Source: an uncultured Acidobacteriota bacterium
Lineage (GTDB): Bacteria > Acidobacteriota > Thermoanaerobaculia > Multivoradales > JAHEKO01
Length of the DNA: 64,000 nt
NCBI GenBank assembly: GCA_963713825.1
Contig: CAVQNG010000001.1
Coordinates: 256,001 to 320,000 of the forward strand
Direction of reading: 5' to 3'
Part shown: piece by piece, positions 9,847-20,596 of the stretch
Position numbering within the stretch: the first letter of the stretch is position 1
Layout: every line of letters starts with the position of its first letter
Translations under genes and position numbers: made by a program
The notes under the pieces: model-generated
What the model saw: only the letters and a program-made list of their open reading frames with translations
Told to the model about the DNA's origin: nothing
Database searches by the model: none

Positions 9847-10386
9847 ATGAATCGAGTGCCGACGCCACCTGAACAGAGTAACGTCGATATCGACAGGGAG
9901 CCGTTTTCGCCGCGCGGTCCCCAGTCGAAGTGGACCGGTAACTCACGGCGGGCACTCTTGGGTTGTGGAGCGCTGATCGTCTTGCTGGGCATCGGCTCGG
10001 TGGTCTTTCTCCTCAAAGCGAAGGACCTTTTCGGCTGGATGATGACCGAGCTGGAGGCGCAGGTTGAGGAGTCCCTTCCGGCGGATATCACCGAGCCCGA
10101 AAGACAGGAACTGGCGGAGGCCTTCGACGCCGTTGTCGACGCCGTCGAGGAGGACCGTGCCGATGTCGTCGCTCTTCAGGATCTGCAGAAGATGCTTCGA
10201 GAGGCCCTCGGTGAAGGCCCAAAACGGTTCAGTCGCCAGGAGATCCAGGGCTTGATCGAAGCTCTGGATCGGGTATCGGGTAGAGAGCCGGGCGACACCA
10301 CCGATGATCCACTGCCGGATCCAGCCGGCGTCTCCGAGTCGGTTGGGCTGCCGGCGGTGCCCGAACCCGCCCACCGAGCTGCGTAG
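9847..10386 (+). CDS. Hypothetical membrane-anchored helical protein
   Basis: Single hydrophobic segment (LLGCGALIVLLGIGSVVFLL) followed by acidic amphipathic helices; fills the gap between mrcA and uvrB. Confidence 0.6.
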   Translation: MNRVPTPPEQSNVDIDREPFSPRGPQSKWTGNSRRALLGCGALIVLLGIGSVVFLLKAKDLFGWMMTELEAQVEESLPADITEPERQELAEAFDAVVDAVEEDRADVVALQDLQKMLREALGEGPKRFSRQEIQGLIEALDRVSGREPGDTTDDPLPDPAGVSESVGLPAVPEPAHRAA

Positions 10387-10410
10387 GAAACACCCAGTAG
10401 AATCGTTGGT

Positions 10411-12402
10411 ATGGAGAGGTTCAACCTCGAGTCCCCCCTGGTACCGCAGGGTGATCAGCCCCAAGCGATTCGGCAGCTTGTGCAAGGACTCGAAGCGGGT
10501 CTGAAAGAACAGGTTCTGCTAGGTGTCACCGGTTCGGGCAAGACCTTCACCATGGCCAAGGTCATCGAGGAGGTGAATCGGCCGACCCTGATTCTCTCCC
10601 ACAACAAGACGCTAGCCGCCCAGCTCTACCAGGAGTTCAGGAGCTTCTTCCCACACAACGCCGTAGAGTATTTCGTCTCCTACTACGACTACTACCAACC
10701 CGAAGCCTACGTGCCTCAGAGTGACACTTACATCGAGAAGGAAACGAGCATCAACGAGGAGATCGACCGACTCCGCCTGCGCGCGACCAAAGTGCTGTTC
10801 GAGCGCCGTGATGTGGTGATTATTGCCTCGGTGTCCTGCATCTATGGCCTCGGATCGCCCGAAGCGTTCTTCGGCATGCTCCAGTTCTTCGGGATCGGCC
10901 AGGACGACGGTATGGAAACGGCACTTCGAAAGCTCGTGGAGATGCAGTACGAGCGGACGTCGATGGATCTGTTCCCCGGCAGCTTCAGGGCTCGAGGCGA
11001 TGTGCTCGAGATCTTTCCCGCCTATGAGGAGGCCGGCTATCGAATCGAGTACTTTGGCGACGAAATCGAGCGCATCTGCCGATTCGATTTACTCAGAGGC
11101 GACTCAGTGGAGGAACTGGATCGGATCGCCGTGTTCCCAAAGACACACTACGTAACTCCCAGGGATCAGTTGGAGTCGGCGATCGGTGGTATCCAGAAAG
11201 AGCTCGAAGAGAGGCTGCCTGATCTGGAGTCCCAGGAGAAGCTTCTCGAGGCTCAGCGACTGGAGCAGCGGACGCGCTTCGATCTCGAGATGCTGCGGGA
11301 GATCGGCTACTGCCATGGGATCGAGAACTACTCCAGGCATCTGTCGGGTCGACAGCCTGGTGAGGCGCCGCCGACCCTGTTGGACTACCTGCCGGACGAT
11401 GCGCTATTGATGATCGATGAAAGCCATCAGTCGGTGCCGCAGGTCAGGGGCATGTTCCACGGCGATCGATCCCGCAAAGAGACGCTGGTCGAATACGGCT
11501 TCCGGCTGCCGAGTGCTCTGGACAATCGGCCGCTGACGTTCGAAGAGTTCGACAGCCGTGGACACCAGAGAATCTACGTGTCGGCGACCCCGGGTGAGTG
11601 GGAATTGCAGCGCTCGCAAGGGGTCATCGCCGAACAGGTGGTTCGACCGACAGGTCTTCTCGACCCCGAGATCGAGGTGCGGCCAGCCAGCGGGCAGGTC
11701 GACGACCTGCTGGCCGAGATCCGCCGCGTAACGGGGCTGGGTGGCAGGGTGCTGGTGACGACTCTCACGAAGCGGATGGCGGAAGAGCTGACGCAGTACT
11801 TGTTGGAAGTGGGAGTGCAGGTGCGCTACCTTCATAGTGACGTCGAGACTCTCGAAAGGGTGGAGATCGTGACCGACTTGCGCCGTGGGGTGTTCGATGT
11901 TCTGGTTGGGATCAATCTGCTCCGCGAGGGACTGGATCTGCCCGAAGTGGCCCTCGTGGCTGTTTTGGATGCCGACAAAGAGGGCTTTCTGAGAAGCGGT
12001 ACCTCGCTCATCCAGACTGCCGGCCGCGCGGCGAGAAATCTGGAAGGCCGGGTGTTGTTCTATGCCGACAGGATTACAGACTCGATGCGGCGGGCGATGA
12101 CCGAGACCGATCGGCGTCGGATTCGGCAGCAGGCGTATAACGAAGAGCACGGCATCGAGCCGAGAAGTGTTCTCAAGGACATTCATAGCCCGCTCGTAAC
12201 CATGAGCAACCTGGACTACTTCTCCCTCGGTGATCGCCTACCTTCGAAGGTGGGTGAGCGGTCGGGGCTGCCATTGAGCCAGCAGATCGAGAGCCTCGAA
12301 AGGGAGATGAAGGCGGCCGCCAAGCGTCTCGAGTTCGAGGAGGCAGCCGCGCTTCGAGACGAGCTTCGCGAGCTCAAAGAGCTCCAGATCTACAGCAACT
12401 GA
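10411..12402 (+). CDS. uvrB: Excinuclease ABC subunit B
   Basis: [41 protein letters not shown]-terminal UVR domain. Confidence 0.98.
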   Translation: MERFNLESPLVPQGDQPQAIRQLVQGLEAGLKEQVLLGVTGSGKTFTMAKVIEEVNRPTLILSHNKTLAAQLYQEFRSFFPHNAVEYFVSYYDYYQPEAYVPQSDTYIEKETSINEEIDRLRLRATKVLFERRDVVIIASVSCIYGLGSPEAFFGMLQFFGIGQDDGMETALRKLVEMQYERTSMDLFPGSFRARGDVLEIFPAYEEAGYRIEYFGDEIERICRFDLLRGDSVEELDRIAVFPKTHYVTPRDQLESAIGGIQKELEERLPDLESQEKLLEAQRLEQRTRFDLEMLREIGYCHGIENYSRHLSGRQPGEAPPTLLDYLPDDALLMIDESHQSVPQVRGMFHGDRSRKETLVEYGFRLPSALDNRPLTFEEFDSRGHQRIYVSATPGEWELQRSQGVIAEQVVRPTGLLDPEIEVRPASGQVDDLLAEIRRVTGLGGRVLVTTLTKRMAEELTQYLLEVGVQVRYLHSDVETLERVEIVTDLRRGVFDVLVGINLLREGLDLPEVALVAVLDADKEGFLRSGTSLIQTAGRAARNLEGRVLFYADRITDSMRRAMTETDRRRIRQQAYNEEHGIEPRSVLKDIHSPLVTMSNLDYFSLGDRLPSKVGERSGLPLSQQIESLEREMKAAAKRLEFEEAAALRDELRELKELQIYSN

Positions 12403-12425
12403 AGAGTCGTGCACACCCTTAGACA

Positions 12426-14237
12426 ATGGTGAGTCCTGCTCTTCAGCAACGTGTCCGTGAGCTGCCGGACAGGCCTGGCATCTATATCTTCCAGGATGCA
12501 AGTGCACACCCTCTCTACGTCGGCAAGGCCACTTCGCTGCGCAAGCGGGTGGCGAGCTACCTTTCCGGCCAGCATGAGCCTCGCATAGCGACGATGCTCT
12601 TGGAAGCGGCCGACATCGAGTTCGTCGTCACCGATACCGAGGCCGAAGCTCTTCTGCTCGAAAATAACTGGATCAAGGGCCGGCGACCGCGGTACAACAT
12701 CTTGCTGCGGGACGACAAGACCTATCCCTACGTAAAGTTGACATTCGACGAATATCCGCGGGTGGCATTCACCCGTCGGCTGGGCCAAGATGGCGCCGCC
12801 TACTTCGGGCCCTACTTGCCTGGTGGCCTGGCACGTCGTGCCATCAAGCTGGTGCAGAAGCTCTTCGAGATCAGGGTTTGTCGAATTGACATCGACGGTT
12901 CACTGCCTCGCCCCTGCCTCTATCACGACATGGGGCGGTGCCTTGGTCCGTGCGTCGATGGGCTGACGACGAAGGCGGCCTATGACCAGGCAATCGCAGC
13001 AGCGAAGCTGTTCCTGGCAGGTAGGAACGAAGAGCTGCTCAAGCGTTTGCGGCGTGAGATGGAGGCGCATGCCGAAGCCATGGAGTTCGAGCAGGCCGCC
13101 AGGGCACGAGATCTGATTGCCGAGATCGAATCGGTGACCCAGCAGCGCAAACTGTCGTCGGTGCGCGGCGAGAATGTGGATGTCTACGGGGTGCACACGG
13201 CGGAAGGCAATGCTTCGATCTGCGTTCTGGTGATGAGAGATGGTCAAGTACTGGATCGTCGGGAGCTGTTCTGGGAGGGCAGGCAGGAGGTCTCGGCGGA
13301 GGGCGTGTTATCGGAACTACTGCCCCAGATCTACGAACGGACCACTTTCATTCCTGGCGAGATTCACCTGCCTCTCCCTATCGATGGGCAAGAGAGTCTG
13401 GCCGCGTGGCTGGGCGACCGGAAAGGCGAGAGGGTGTTCATCAGGCTGCCGTCCCGGGGACCGAAGGCGCATCGCGTGGCGCTGGCTCAGAGGAACGCTG
13501 CAATGGCCCACCGGCGGAGATTCCGCACCGATCAGGGCAGCGACCTGATGGCGCAGGCTTTGATGGCGCATTTGGGCCTGCTGGAGGCGCCGCGTCGGAT
13601 CGAAGGTTTCGATGTCGCGACCCTGCACGGGGGAGAGACCGTGGCCTCGTTGGTAGTGTGGGAGCAAGGACGGATGCAGAAGTCGGAGTATCGGAGCTTC
13701 AACATCAAGCATCTCCAGCAAGCCGATGATTTCGCGTCGATCCACCAGGCTGTGTTGCGGCGCTACCGCAGGCGGTTGGAAGAGCTCGGTGCGATGCCGG
13801 ACCTGATCCTCATCGACGGAGGTCGGGGGCAACTCAACGCTGCCTTGAGCGCCCTGGTGGAGCTGGGGGTCGAAGAGACACCGGTAGTCGGGCTCGCGAA
13901 GAGGGAGGAGGAGTTGTACCTGGCGCACCGTCCGGACCCGCTGAGGCTACCTCGACGTGACCCGGGTTTGAGGCTCCTCCAGCAGATCCGGGACGAGGCT
14001 CATCGATTCGCCCTGTCCCGCCATCGCAAGCGCAGGGTCAAGAAGTCCTTGACGAGCGAGTTGGACGGGATCCCAGGTATCGGTCCCCGTCGGCGCAAGC
14101 TGCTACTGCGGCGGTTCGGAAGCGTTGCACAAGTGAAGCAAGCCCGATTGGAGGATCTGCAGGAAGCTCTCGGGCCGGTGGTCGGAAGTCGAGTGTTCCA
14201 GGAGCTCGGCAGCGGTCCGGCTCGATTCGAGGGTTGA
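12426..14237 (+). CDS. uvrC: Excinuclease ABC subunit C
   Basis: GIY-YIG-like N-terminus (PGIY...YVGKA), LRDDKTYPY, IDGGRGQL, RDEAHRFA, C-terminal HhH. Confidence 0.97.
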   Translation: MVSPALQQRVRELPDRPGIYIFQDASAHPLYVGKATSLRKRVASYLSGQHEPRIATMLLEAADIEFVVTDTEAEALLLENNWIKGRRPRYNILLRDDKTYPYVKLTFDEYPRVAFTRRLGQDGAAYFGPYLPGGLARRAIKLVQKLFEIRVCRIDIDGSLPRPCLYHDMGRCLGPCVDGLTTKAAYDQAIAAAKLFLAGRNEELLKRLRREMEAHAEAMEFEQAARARDLIAEIESVTQQRKLSSVRGENVDVYGVHTAEGNASICVLVMRDGQVLDRRELFWEGRQEVSAEGVLSELLPQIYERTTFIPGEIHLPLPIDGQESLAAWLGDRKGERVFIRLPSRGPKAHRVALAQRNAAMAHRRRFRTDQGSDLMAQALMAHLGLLEAPRRIEGFDVATLHGGETVASLVVWEQGRMQKSEYRSFNIKHLQQADDFASIHQAVLRRYRRRLEELGAMPDLILIDGGRGQLNAALSALVELGVEETPVVGLAKREEELYLAHRPDPLRLPRRDPGLRLLQQIRDEAHRFALSRHRKRRVKKSLTSELDGIPGIGPRRRKLLLRRFGSVAQVKQARLEDLQEALGPVVGSRVFQELGSGPARFEG

Positions 14238-14300
14238 TCACTTCACAGAGAGGCCCAGAGCCGTTCTGTAGAATGAGCGTACACAGGTCCTGTCCGAGCT

Positions 14301-15854
14301 ATGCCTATCGAGCCCAGAGAGCCGTCCGAGATTCGATTCTTCGACGCAATACGCGAGGCCTACCTTGAAGGCTGGACCGGGCGACTGGGTCTGAATTCGG
14401 CAGATATCAGGGGCCAGCTGTTCTTTGTGGCGGGCGACCTGTACCTCTCTCCCGAACACCCTTTCGAGGCGGCAGCGAGCGCCTGGGCGAGCTCCCTCAG
14501 GGCTACTCAACGTCAAGCCAGCGGACAAGGGGAGGAGGAAGGTGGGGTCTCGCGCCGATCCGAATCGGCGATTCGGAATCAAGAGAGCGCCGAAAGTCGA
14601 TTGGCAACGAAGCGCCTGATCTCTGATCTCACCGATCTTCTCGATCCATGCGCCAGGGAAGCCTGTCATTTCGTTGATGGTGCCGGACAGATTCGCTTGG
14701 ACCTGATTGGGCCATTGCCAACCGGCAGACTCATCATGGAAATATCGGTTCGAGGCGTTGACGAGGGCGGACTGCTGCGGCAGCTCGGTGGTGAAACTGC
14801 CATCCTCGTCGCTTCGTCGGCCGAGGAAGTGGGCCCTGTCGGGTTCGAGCTCGATCCTCAGGAGGCTTTCCTGTTGTCCCGCCTCGAAAAGCCCCTTTCG
14901 GTTGGCGATCTCTTGCAGCAACTGAATGTCGAGAAGCTCGAGAGCTTGCAGCATCTCTGTCGCCTCCTGGCGGTTGGTCTGATTCAGGGTGAGGTCGGCG
15001 TGGCAGGGGACCGTGATTCTTCTTCCTTCGGATCGGAGCTGGTACAGCGCCTTTCGCAACGCATTTCCGAGAGCCTGGAGAAGGAGCCTGTGACGCTGGC
15101 TACGGACGATCATCGCGAGTTACTTGGCAACCTCCTGGGACGAATGGGCGAGATGACGTACTTCGAGCTGCTCGCTGTGAGCCCGCAGAGCGGCGTCGAG
15201 GAAGTCCACCGGGCCTTCATGGAGTTGGGGCGGATGGTCCATCCCAGCCATGCCGATCGACTGGCGTTGGCAGGGGGTGAAGGGGCTCTCGGCCTGCTCC
15301 TGGAACGCGCTACCGAAGCTTATTTCACGTTGAGTGACTCCGAGCGGCGGGCCGAGTACTTCGAAAAAGTAGGGCCACTGCAGATCAATGAGGAAGACGC
15401 GGCGACGGCCGAGGAGCGCCAGGAGGAGATGAAAAGCGTAGCGCGTCGCAATTTCCAGTTGGCGCGCAATTTAGCGGATCGGCAGGAGTTCCACGCCGCG
15501 ATCCAACTCCTCGAACAGGCTGTGAAGTCGGCCCCTGAAAGCGAATATCTCGCGCTGCTCGCAGAGTGTCAGGCCTACAATCCGCGGTGGCTCGACCGAG
15601 CGGTTCAGAACCTGTCGAAGGCTGTCGCGATGAGGCCCGACGATGGGGCGCTGCGCTTTCGCCTCGGCTACCTCTTGGAGCGGCGGGGCGATACGATTCG
15701 AGCTCGTGAGGAGTATGAGGTGGCTCTCGAGAAGGGACCCGAAGTCATTGCTGCCAGGGAAGCTCTGGAACGCCTTGGATCCCGGAAGAAGTTGGCCGAT
15801 GAGAAGGGCCAATCGCGGTGGTCCCTTCGGTCCTTCTTCGGCAAGGGACGGTAA
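14301..15854 (+). CDS. Multidomain protein: DUF4388-like N-terminus, J-like domain (HPS), TPR repeats
   Basis: N-terminal WTGRL...GQLFFVAGDL; J-like TYFELLAV...EVHRAFMELGRMVHPS...EAYFTLSDSERRAEY; TPR-like C-terminal helices. Confidence 0.7.
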   Translation: MPIEPREPSEIRFFDAIREAYLEGWTGRLGLNSADIRGQLFFVAGDLYLSPEHPFEAAASAWASSLRATQRQASGQGEEEGGVSRRSESAIRNQESAESRLATKRLISDLTDLLDPCAREACHFVDGAGQIRLDLIGPLPTGRLIMEISVRGVDEGGLLRQLGGETAILVASSAEEVGPVGFELDPQEAFLLSRLEKPLSVGDLLQQLNVEKLESLQHLCRLLAVGLIQGEVGVAGDRDSSSFGSELVQRLSQRISESLEKEPVTLATDDHRELLGNLLGRMGEMTYFELLAVSPQSGVEEVHRAFMELGRMVHPSHADRLALAGGEGALGLLLERATEAYFTLSDSERRAEYFEKVGPLQINEEDAATAEERQEEMKSVARRNFQLARNLADRQEFHAAIQLLEQAVKSAPESEYLALLAECQAYNPRWLDRAVQNLSKAVAMRPDDGALRFRLGYLLERRGDTIRAREEYEVALEKGPEVIAAREALERLGSRKKLADEKGQSRWSLRSFFGKGR

Positions 15855-15932
15855 GCTGGCGAGCCAAACTGGGAGAGGCGATGGCGTCCCACACAACGGG
15901 CACTGCCATGGCACGGTAGAATAGGTCCAGCG

Positions 15933-16348
<416 letters not shown>

Positions 16349-16451
16349 AGCTTCTTTCTCGAGTTGAAGCCCTTGCCAGGCGGGAGTTCAGTTGATCGAG
16401 CCAATGCTGTCCGGTAGTCTCGAACGCAATCATGAGTGACGGTGACCGCCT

Positions 16452-17231
16452 ATGAGCCCCGAATTTGTTGTCAGCAGTCGCGAGCGACCGGCCGATCGAG
16501 CCCTCGAGGTCGAAGCCGGTGATTTCGTGTTCCAGGAAGGTGATCTCGGCACTGAGATGTTCATCATTCAGGAGGGAGAGGTCGAGATCTTCCAGCGAGT
16601 CGGCAATCAAGAGCGGCAACTGGCGATTCTCGAAAAAGGCGACTTCTTCGGCGAGATGTCGATTCTCGAGGAGCTGCCTCGGAATGCCAGTGCCAGGGCG
16701 TCGACTCCTTCACGACTCATCGTCATCGACGGCGCCACGTTCGATTCGATGCTGCGGTCGAATCCCGAGATCGGTGTGCGCATCATGCGCAAGCTCTCTC
16801 GACGGGTTCGAACGACGGATGAGCTGCTCCACAAGATCCTGGACTCGGAAGAGGAACGCCTGGAGCTTGCCACGAAGCTGAGACCACAAGTGATCGAGGT
16901 CGAGCCCGGCCCCGGATGTCTCGGGCATGCAGAATCGGGCACGGTGTTCGCGTTGCCGGCCAACGGTTCCGTGACCATCGGTCGTCAGGATCCGGTCACT
17001 GGTATCAGTCCCGACATCGATTTGACATCTGTCGATCCAGAGCGTTCCAGCAGCCGCCGACACGCCAAGATCTACCGGGAGGGGCAGATGTATCTGTTGG
17101 TGGAGGACATCGGTGCCACCAACGGCAGCTTCCTCAACGGCAAGCGAATCCGTACTGGTGTCCCAGTCGAGATCAAGTCTGGAGACCAGGTTCGGTTCGG
17201 TCTGGTGGAGCTCTCCTTTTCGTGCGAGTGA
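16452..17231 (+). CDS. Cyclic-nucleotide-binding domain fused to FHA domain
   Basis: cNMP cassette GDFFGEMSIL...PRNASARA; FHA signature IGR...SRRHA...TNGSFLNG. Confidence 0.85.
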   Translation: MSPEFVVSSRERPADRALEVEAGDFVFQEGDLGTEMFIIQEGEVEIFQRVGNQERQLAILEKGDFFGEMSILEELPRNASARASTPSRLIVIDGATFDSMLRSNPEIGVRIMRKLSRRVRTTDELLHKILDSEEERLELATKLRPQVIEVEPGPGCLGHAESGTVFALPANGSVTIGRQDPVTGISPDIDLTSVDPERSSSRRHAKIYREGQMYLLVEDIGATNGSFLNGKRIRTGVPVEIKSGDQVRFGLVELSFSCE

Positions 17232-17315
17232 AGCAGGGCCTGGCCAAAGACCTGTTTCTGTGCGGGGCCGCAGAGACCCTCGTTGGCCTGGATCCTCCTG
17301 ATCGTCGTGTCCTCG

Positions 17316-19385
17316 ATGTCTCTTGAAATCGACAGTCCTCTGACAGCCCTGCGGGGCATCGGTCCGGTGCGAGCCCGCACCTTGTCCACAGTCGGTCTCC
17401 GAACGGTGAGAGATCTGCTGTATCGACTTCCCTTTCGGTACGAAGACCGACGTCAACTGTCGGCGATCGGCGAAGTTTCGGTGGAAGGGGCCTGCACTCT
17501 TTCTGCTCGTATCACCGACCTGAAGAGGATTCGCATCCGACGCCGGGGCCTGTCAGTGGTCAAGGGTTGGTTGGAGGATGAGAGCGGTCGATTGCCAGCA
17601 GTCTGGTTCAACCGTCCCTATCTGATGCAGCAGGTCGAGGCAGGGGAACGGTATCTTCTGCATGGCCGTGTGCGTCGGCAGGGGGAACGGCTCGAGATGA
17701 TCAATGCGAGCTGCGAGCCTCTGAGCCAGTCACTTCTCGGGGGCCGTATCGTCGCCGTGTACAACTCAGCCGGCGGTCTAGGGCCCGCATTGCTGCGCCG
17801 ACTCGTAGGCAGTGCCCTGGACGAGTTGCCGCTCGAGAGTGTCGAGGACGAAGTTCCGGCCGATCTCAGAAGACGTCACGGGCTGCCGCCATGGGGGCAA
17901 GCAGTGGTCCAGGTGCATCGTCCTGACGACTCCGTGGATGTGGGATTGCTCAATGAGCGTCGAAGTCCGGGCCATCTCAGGCTGATTTATGGCGAGCTGC
18001 TGGAACTTCAGGTCGAGCTTTCCCTGCTGCGGGACTTCGAGACTCGGCATGAGAAGAGTCATCGGTACGCGGACGAGGAAGGTCCGAGGAGAATCATGCA
18101 GGAGGTCCTGCCGTTTGAGCTGACTGGGGCTCAGAAACGCGTCCTGCAAGAAATACTGACGGATATGGAGAGCCCATACCCGATGCTGCGCCTCTTGCAG
18201 GGGGATGTTGGCAGCGGCAAGACGATTGTTGCAGCCCAGGCCCTCGTCGTGGCTATGCATAATGGCCTGCAGGCTGCCTTCATGGCGCCCACCGAGCTCC
18301 TCGCGGAGCAGCACTTCCGGACGTTGAAGCGGCTGCTGGAACCCAGGTTCCACCTGGCGCTTCTGACGGGTTCAGAGGTCGGGTCTGCGGTAGTTCGGCG
18401 AGGTCTGGCCAACGGCGAAATCCAGTTGGCCGTCGGCACCCATGCTCTCATTCAGGAGGGCGTCACATTCGACAGACTGGCATTGACGATCGTGGACGAA
18501 CAGCACAGGTTCGGAGTGGCGCAACGCCAGGTCTTGCAAGAGAAGGGACAGCGCCCTGACATGTTGGTGATGACGGCGACGCCAATCCCACGCTCACTGG
18601 CTCTGACGGTCTATGGGGACCTGTCGCTGTCCATCATCGACGAGCTGCCGCCAGGGCGCACGGAAGTGGCTACCAAGATCGTGGGACAGGAGCGCCGCGA
18701 CAGGGTCTATCGATGGTTGGAAGAGCGTCTCGAGGAGGGGGGACAGGCGTACGTGGTCTTTCCGATGATCGATAGAAGCGCGCAGGTGAGGTGCTCTTCG
18801 ATCTCTGACGAGGGCGAAGCCCTGCGCAGCGACTTGAATCGATGGCCATCTGCCGTGCTCCATGGCAGAGTCGACAGCGCAGAACGTGACAGGATCATGG
18901 AGTCTTTCGGAGCTGGCGACATCAGGCTTCTGGTGGCGACCTCGATCATCGAGGTCGGTGTCGACGTGCCACAGGCAACCGTCATGATCATCGACAGCTC
19001 AGAACGCTTCGGTCTGGCTCAGCTTCACCAGCTTCGTGGAAGGGTAGGGAGGGGGTCCCAGAAGTCCTATTGTGTTGCCTTGCATGGCGAGCTCACGGCC
19101 GAGGCCGAGCGCCGACTGGAGGTCTTTGCAGGTACTGCGGATGGGTTTCGAATCGCCGAGGCGGATCTCGAGATCCGAGGCCCGGGTGACCTGCTGGGCA
19201 AGCGGCAAGCTGGTGAGCCGCTTTTCAGGGTGGCCAACATCGTGGCGGACCGGCAGTGGTTAGAGAAGTCTCGCTTTGATGCGAGCGAGCTCATGGCTGA
19301 CCTGCAAGGGAAGAAGGTAGATCCGTTCGTCCAACGCATGGAGAAGCGGGCCAAGGGTCAGCTCAAGCGACTGACCGGGGGTTGA
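17316..19385 (+). CDS. recG: ATP-dependent DNA helicase RecG
   Basis: PFRYEDR, QGDVGSGKT, APTELLAEQH, DEQH, TATPIPRSL, QLHQLRGRVGRG, RGPG. Start placed at ATG 17316. Confidence 0.97.
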   Translation: MSLEIDSPLTALRGIGPVRARTLSTVGLRTVRDLLYRLPFRYEDRRQLSAIGEVSVEGACTLSARITDLKRIRIRRRGLSVVKGWLEDESGRLPAVWFNRPYLMQQVEAGERYLLHGRVRRQGERLEMINASCEPLSQSLLGGRIVAVYNSAGGLGPALLRRLVGSALDELPLESVEDEVPADLRRRHGLPPWGQAVVQVHRPDDSVDVGLLNERRSPGHLRLIYGELLELQVELSLLRDFETRHEKSHRYADEEGPRRIMQEVLPFELTGAQKRVLQEILTDMESPYPMLRLLQGDVGSGKTIVAAQALVVAMHNGLQAAFMAPTELLAEQHFRTLKRLLEPRFHLALLTGSEVGSAVVRRGLANGEIQLAVGTHALIQEGVTFDRLALTIVDEQHRFGVAQRQVLQEKGQRPDMLVMTATPIPRSLALTVYGDLSLSIIDELPPGRTEVATKIVGQERRDRVYRWLEERLEEGGQAYVVFPMIDRSAQVRCSSISDEGEALRSDLNRWPSAVLHGRVDSAERDRIMESFGAGDIRLLVATSIIEVGVDVPQATVMIIDSSERFGLAQLHQLRGRVGRGSQKSYCVALHGELTAEAERRLEVFAGTADGFRIAEADLEIRGPGDLLGKRQAGEPLFRVANIVADRQWLEKSRFDASELMADLQGKKVDPFVQRMEKRAKGQLKRLTGG

Positions 19386-19387
19386 GC

Positions 19388-20596
19388 ATGAGGGTGCTTC
19401 TCGTTGCCAATACTCTGCCGCCCAGAGATGTCTCAGGAGTAGGCGAACAGGTTCTGCAGCTGGCTGTTGGCCTGGAATCGGTCGGCCATCAGGTCGAGGT
19501 TCTGGGACGAGGGCCGGCTGGTGCGAAGGGCCCAAAGCTCCTGTTTCCCCTGACGATTGTGCCCGCCTTCCTCGAGGCACTCGGTCGATTTCAGCCGCAT
19601 GTGATTCAAGTTCATGAGTCAGACGGCGTAATGGTAGCTCTCCTCACCAAGATCTTGAGCCCAATGTTGGAGCCGAGTCCCCAACTGGTGGCACTTCAGC
19701 AGGTGAGCTATCTGGAAGAGATGAGAGCGGTTCGCTCGCTCAGGTTCGACGGCGAGACTCTCGGTGTCCCAGGTGCGAGGGAGTGGTTTTTCCGCTTCGT
19801 CAAAGCCCCTGTGCAGATCGCTTTCGGCTCGCTGACCGCCTGGCTGAGCGATGTCGTGCTGGCGCCGAGCCGACAAACGGCACTCGAGATCGAGCGAGAC
19901 TACGGGGTCGATTCCGTCCTGATGTTGCCGAACGTTACCGGCGGACGGCCAATCGAGCCTACTCCGACTGCTGTTGTCCAGGAAGAAGCCGGCTATTTCT
20001 TGTTCGTTGGGCGACTGCGCATTCGAAAGGGAGTCGAGATTCTGCTCAACGCGGTCTCGTCACTCACGGCAGCGGGGAAGCCGGTTCAACTCGTTGTGGT
20101 GGGAGATGGTGAACATCGTGCAGCGCTCGAATCAAGGGCTCGCGATTTGGGGCTGGAGGAGACGGTGCGTTTCGTGGGAGCGTGTGATGCAGCTACGGTT
20201 CGGATGCTGATGTCAGGCGCTGCGGCCCTGGTGGTCCCATCCATTTATGAGGGAATGCCCTTGGTCGTGCTTGAAGCGATGGAGAGCTCGCTTCCCGTGG
20301 TGGCCAGCGCGGTGAGTGGAATGCCTGAGATCATCGCTGATGGGCAAAGCGGGTGGCTGGTGCCACCGGAAGACGTAACCGCGCTGAGCGGGGCGTTGGC
20401 GGAGGTCCATGACAATCCACGAGAAGCGATACGAAGAGGCGAAGCTGGCAGGATCCTTCTCGAGAAGCGCTTCAGACCGGAGCACGCCGCCAGTGTCTGG
20501 TGTAGATATCTGGACAGCGCCGTGACGGTTGTGTCACCGATCGCAGAGGAAATTGATCGGCCGGACTCATTCTTGGACAAAGGTGGCGCGAGATGA
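19388..20596 (+). CDS. Glycosyltransferase family 4
   Basis: MRVLLVANT N-terminus, FVGRLRIRKG, EGMPLVVLEAM (E-x7-E). Confidence 0.88.
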   Translation: MRVLLVANTLPPRDVSGVGEQVLQLAVGLESVGHQVEVLGRGPAGAKGPKLLFPLTIVPAFLEALGRFQPHVIQVHESDGVMVALLTKILSPMLEPSPQLVALQQVSYLEEMRAVRSLRFDGETLGVPGAREWFFRFVKAPVQIAFGSLTAWLSDVVLAPSRQTALEIERDYGVDSVLMLPNVTGGRPIEPTPTAVVQEEAGYFLFVGRLRIRKGVEILLNAVSSLTAAGKPVQLVVVGDGEHRAALESRARDLGLEETVRFVGACDAATVRMLMSGAAALVVPSIYEGMPLVVLEAMESSLPVVASAVSGMPEIIADGQSGWLVPPEDVTALSGALAEVHDNPREAIRRGEAGRILLEKRFRPEHAASVWCRYLDSAVTVVSPIAEEIDRPDSFLDKGGAR

